DNA of 64,000 nt from Phenylobacterium deserti. Its GTDB lineage: Bacteria; Pseudomonadota; Alphaproteobacteria; Caulobacterales; Caulobacteraceae. Below the pieces are notes generated by a model. That model saw only the letters and a program-made list of their open reading frames with translations, made no database searches and had not been told where the DNA came from. The DNA lies in assembly GCA_945874825.1 (NCBI GenBank), contig CAMCIK010000004.1, positions 4,606-68,605 on the forward strand, written 5' to 3'. Positions 60,490 to 64,000 of this stretch are shown piece after piece; the first letter of the stretch is position 1, and each line of letters starts with the position of its first letter. Made by a program: the position numbers and the translations under genes.

Positions 60490-62790
60490 ATGACAGGGGG
60501 GAAGATCATGGGGCGAGTGATGGCGGCGGGGCTTCTGGTGGCCCTCCTGGCGCTTCCGGCAACGGCGGCGGAGCCGGAGTACCGGGCAGAGGTGATCCGC
60601 ACCGCCTACGGCGCGCCTCACATCATCGCCCGCGACTATGGTGGGCTCGGCTACGGCGGGGGCTATTCCTCCGCCGAAGACAACTTCTGCGACTTCGCCG
60701 ATCGGCAGATGACGGTGAACGCCCAGCGGGCCCGTTACCTCGGGCCAGGCGAGAAGAACGCCAACGTCATCAGTGACCTCTACCATCAGCACCTGATCCA
60801 GACCGGCGGCCTGGACGCCCTGTTGGCGGGTCGCGGCAAGCCTTCGGCGCAGGCGCGCGCCCTCGCCCGGGGCTTTGTCGCCGGGGTCAACCGCTACGTC
60901 CGCGACGTCGGCGTCGCCAACCTCCCGGACGTCCGCTGCAGGGGTGCGGCCTGGGTGCGCACCTACGACGAGATGGACTACTGGCGCTCGGTGATCGCGA
61001 CCCAGCAGCCGACCCTGATGGCCGGCGTCGTCGCTGCCGCGCCTCCCGGCGCGCCGGACCTGCCGGGCCTGCAGGCGCCCGTGGAGCGCTCGCCGGTTCC
61101 GGAGGGACAGGGCAGCAACGCCTATGCCCTGGGCCGCGAGGTGACAAAAAGCGGCCGCGGCGTCCTTCTGGGCAATCCGCACTATCCCTGGGACGGCATC
61201 AACCGCTTCACGCGGATGCACATGATCCTTCCGGGCAAGCTCAACATCGTCGGCGCCGGGCTGCAGAACAGCCCCACCATCGGCATTGGCCACAACCGCT
61301 GGGTCGCCTGGACCCATACGGTCTCCACGGCCCGCCGGTTTGGCCTGTTCGAGCTGACGCTCGATCCCAAGGACCCCACGGCCTACGTCTTCGAGGGCAG
61401 GTCCGTGCCCATGACCCGCACGGTGGTCACCGTCCAGGTGAAGACCGGGGCGGGGCTGACGCCGGTCAGCCGCACCTTCTACGGCACCCGGTTCGGCCAG
61501 GTCGTCGAGAACGCCGGGCCGCCGTCCACGCCATGGACCGCAGAGCGTGCCTACGCCATCCGCGACGCCGGCCCCGGACTGCGGGCGACCGACCAGTACC
61601 TAGAGATGTACCAGGCCCGTAGCGTCCGGCAGCTGGCCGCCAGCCTGGCGAAGTTCCAGGCCGCGGGGTTCAACACCACGGCTGTCGACGCCTCAGGTGA
61701 AGCCTATTACGGCGACGTGGGCGCCCTGCCCCATGTGACCGACGCCAAGGCGGAGGCCTGCACGGTCTCGGAGATGGCCAAAACCCTGTGGCGCACACAG
61801 CGCCTGCCCGTCCTCGACGGTTCGCGCGCCGCCTGCGAGTGGGGCTCCGACCCGCGCGCCGTGACGCCGGGGGTGTTTCCGCCGCAGTCCCTGCCGCAGC
61901 TCTTCCGCTCGGACTACACCAGCAATTCCAACGACAGCTACTGGCTCACCAATCCCAAGGCACCGCTGACCGGCTATCCGCGCATTCTCGGAGAGGAGGC
62001 CACGGCCCGGTCGCTCCGCACGCGCCTGAGCCTTAAGCAGATCGACGACCGGGTGGCCGGACGCGACGGCCTGGACGGCGCGAAGTTCGATCTGGCCAGC
62101 GTCGAGGAGGTGCTGTTCGGCAATCGCAACCTTGGCGCGGAGATCACCCGCGACCCCCTGGTCGGCCTTTGCCGGACGGCGGCGGCGGGACCGCATCCTG
62201 ACCTCGCCGACGCCTGCCGGGCCCTCGAAGCCTGGGACCTGAAGGTCAACCTCGACAGCCGCGGCGCCCACATCTTCCGGCTGTTCGCGGAGAAGGGCGG
62301 CCTGGTGTTCAAGGTCCCCTTCGATCCGGCCGACCCGGTGAACACCCCGCACACCCTGGATGTCGACAATCCCCGGGTGCTCGCCGCCCTGGTGGACGCG
62401 GTGAAGCAGCTGAGGGGGCTGGGCATCCCCCTGGACGCGGCCCTGGGCCAGGTGCAGACCGAACCCCGCGCCGGGGGCGAGCGGATCCCGATCCACGGGG
62501 GCCCCGGTCCCGAGGGGATCTTCAACGTGATCACCCCCGTCGACCTGAAGCCCGGCCTCGGCTGGACGAAGATCCGCCACGGTTCAAGCTGGATCATGGC
62601 GGTGGAGTTCACCGACAGGGGGCCCGTCAGCCAGGGCGTCCTCAGCTATTCGCAGTCCACGAACCCGGACTCTCCGCACGCCGCCGACCAGACCCGCCTC
62701 TATTCGCAAAAGGGCTGGGACGACCTGCGGTTCTCCGAGGCGGCGGTGCGCCGGGATGCCGTTTCACGGGTGGTGCTGAGGGGGCGCTGA
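60490..62790 (+). CDS. penicillin acylase family Ntn hydrolase (acyl-homoserine-lactone acylase-like)
   Basis: 766 aa. Signal peptide, an alpha-subunit region, then GQGSNAYALG with the nucleophile Ser at the beta-subunit start. The start may be 60508/60520. Confidence 0.85.
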   Translation: MTGGKIMGRVMAAGLLVALLALPATAAEPEYRAEVIRTAYGAPHIIARDYGGLGYGGGYSSAEDNFCDFADRQMTVNAQRARYLGPGEKNANVISDLYHQHLIQTGGLDALLAGRGKPSAQARALARGFVAGVNRYVRDVGVANLPDVRCRGAAWVRTYDEMDYWRSVIATQQPTLMAGVVAAAPPGAPDLPGLQAPVERSPVPEGQGSNAYALGREVTKSGRGVLLGNPHYPWDGINRFTRMHMILPGKLNIVGAGLQNSPTIGIGHNRWVAWTHTVSTARRFGLFELTLDPKDPTAYVFEGRSVPMTRTVVTVQVKTGAGLTPVSRTFYGTRFGQVVENAGPPSTPWTAERAYAIRDAGPGLRATDQYLEMYQARSVRQLAASLAKFQAAGFNTTAVDASGEAYYGDVGALPHVTDAKAEACTVSEMAKTLWRTQRLPVLDGSRAACEWGSDPRAVTPGVFPPQSLPQLFRSDYTSNSNDSYWLTNPKAPLTGYPRILGEEATARSLRTRLSLKQIDDRVAGRDGLDGAKFDLASVEEVLFGNRNLGAEITRDPLVGLCRTAAAGPHPDLADACRALEAWDLKVNLDSRGAHIFRLFAEKGGLVFKVPFDPADPVNTPHTLDVDNPRVLAALVDAVKQLRGLGIPLDAALGQVQTEPRAGGERIPIHGGPGPEGIFNVITPVDLKPGLGWTKIRHGSSWIMAVEFTDRGPVSQGVLSYSQSTNPDSPHAADQTRLYSQKGWDDLRFSEAAVRRDAVSRVVLRGR

Positions 62791-62907
62791 GGCCTGGCGC
62801 CTAGGGAACCCGGGTGGGGCGGTGTCAGAGGGCTACAGGCTTGGCGCGTACCGTGTCAGCACCCGTCGTGGCCCGGCCTCACCTACGCGTTTGCGCCGCG
62901 CGAGGCC

Positions 62908-63435
62908 TCATCGCTTTTTGGACTTGGCGGCTATCCAGTCCATTAACGCCAGCAGAACACCGGAACAGACAAATGTGAGATGGATGATCACAAGCCACAT
63001 CAAGTAGGACGCATCGAGAGTGGAATTGTTGCCAATTTCCATGAACTGCTTGAGCAGAAAGATGCCAGAAATGGCGACGATCGAGGCGATCAATTTCATC
63101 TTCAGGTCGGCGAAATCGACTGTGCCCATCCATGTGGGTCGATCAACGGTGTTGGATATATCGAGTTTCGAAACGAAGTTCTCATAACCCGAGAAAAGAA
63201 CGATCAGCAGGAGATTTCCCGCCAATGTCAGATCGATCAGGGTCAGTATAACGAGAATCGCCTGGTCTGCTCCCATACTCATCGCTTTGGGCACATAGTA
63301 GAACAGCTGGCGCAGGAACACTAATGTCAGCATTCCCAAGGCGACGACAAGTCCAAGATACATAGGCGCCATGAGCCAGCGCGAAGCAAATAGTCCGCGC
63401 TCAAAGCGAATTTCCAGATCGGGCTTGGTGGACAT
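62908..63435 (-). CDS. yqhA: YqhA/UPF0114 family membrane protein
   Basis: ATG 63435 (MSTKPDLEIRFERGLFASRWLMAPMYLGL). Clearly AT-richer than its surroundings by eye. Confidence 0.7.
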   Translation of the reverse strand: MSTKPDLEIRFERGLFASRWLMAPMYLGLVVALGMLTLVFLRQLFYYVPKAMSMGADQAILVILTLIDLTLAGNLLLIVLFSGYENFVSKLDISNTVDRPTWMGTVDFADLKMKLIASIVAISGIFLLKQFMEIGNNSTLDASYLMWLVIIHLTFVCSGVLLALMDWIAAKSKKR

Positions 63436-63586
63436 CTTGATCTTTCGGAGAGGCGAAGCGTCGCTGTGGGCACCAAAACAAAAACGCACCGCCTCAAGAG
63501 CGGGGAAGCGCCGCTCGTGGACGATCAGATGGGAATATGTGGATTGGTCGGACGAGGCAATCAACTCCAGCCGTCAAGGCGGATCG

Positions 63587-63979
63587 GTGAGGGCCCCACT
63601 TCCAGCGATCATTGCGCTAGCCATCCGCAAGCGTAACGGCCGGCCAAAGATCCTGCCGCGGACAGATCATACCGCATCGAACGGTGCCGCGGTGGAGGCC
63701 CATGTGCTGCGCGCCGTCGCCAGGGCTTGGAGCTGGCGGCGCAAGCTGGAGTCCGGGCAGGCGAGCACCAATCTCGACCTGGCCCATGAAGAAGATGTCT
63801 CCGACCGCTACATCGGCCGGATGATCAAGTTGGCCTATCTGGCTCCGGCTGTTCTCGAGAAACTACTGCTGCAGCGGTGCCCACTGACGGTGTCGGTCAA
63901 GGACCTGACGGCCATTGCCGACCTGGCTTGGGCAGAGCAGGTTGCCGCCACCTTCGGGCTTCCGGTGGATAGAGCCTGA
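63587..63979 (+). pseudogene. C-terminal remnant of a resolvase-type recombinase
   Basis: ..HVLRAVARAWSWRRKLESGQASTNLDLAHEEDVSDRYIGRMIKLAYLAPAVLEKLL.. resembles the conserved tail of recombinase-family proteins. No catalytic N-terminal domain. The upstream part of the track ORF is antisense to yqhA. Confidence 0.5.
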
Positions 63980-64000
63980 TACCTGCCCCGGATGAACGCC

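Noticed and set aside
57829-61317. 393-aa ORFs 57829..59010 (+) and 60136..61317 (-)
   Set aside because: Antisense to the GST-like gene and to the acylase respectively. No motifs, typical high-GC shadow frames.

Overview
High-GC alphaproteobacterial chromosome segment. The gene order (ispG, prfA-MOSC-prmC, DUF4167, zur, arfB, clpB, grxC-comF, argJ-PPIase divergent from secA) looks Caulobacterales-like, but the taxon is inference only.

1-25.5 kb is housekeeping core.

26.2-33.0 kb is the most interesting part. selA lies divergent from selB, and tRNA-Sec sits 13 nt after the selB stop. Three genes follow on the same strand: a 528-aa thioredoxin-fold fusion protein with a large unrecognised domain, a small gene with an in-frame UGA, and an alpha/beta hydrolase. 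The UGA gene reads ...EALAD-U-GSCTTC..., a U-x-x-C-x-x-C motif, with SECIS-like hairpins directly after the UGA. The ORF track shows only its first 92 codons. No formate dehydrogenase and no selD are visible, so the Sec machinery appears coupled to this uncharacterised selenoprotein module.

33-49 kb carries a photolyase-related pair, an Fe3+ ABC transporter with a palindromic operator candidate, SPFH, rhodanese, NupC, lipid and flavoprotein genes, and pyrC.

49-64 kb is accessory, visibly lower in GC and partly decayed. It holds:
- a TonB-dependent receptor
- a frameshifted DUF1993 gene
- a truncated TonB receptor
- an enolase-superfamily remnant fused out of frame to a truncated retropepsin-like gene
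- a small PT-TG/GHH-like toxin with a coupled immunity candidate
- an ORF interrupted by TGA
- an AHL/penicillin-type acylase
- a low-GC yqhA
- a recombinase C-terminal remnant

No rRNA, CRISPR or intact IS element was seen. All family names come from my own reading of motifs, not from searches.
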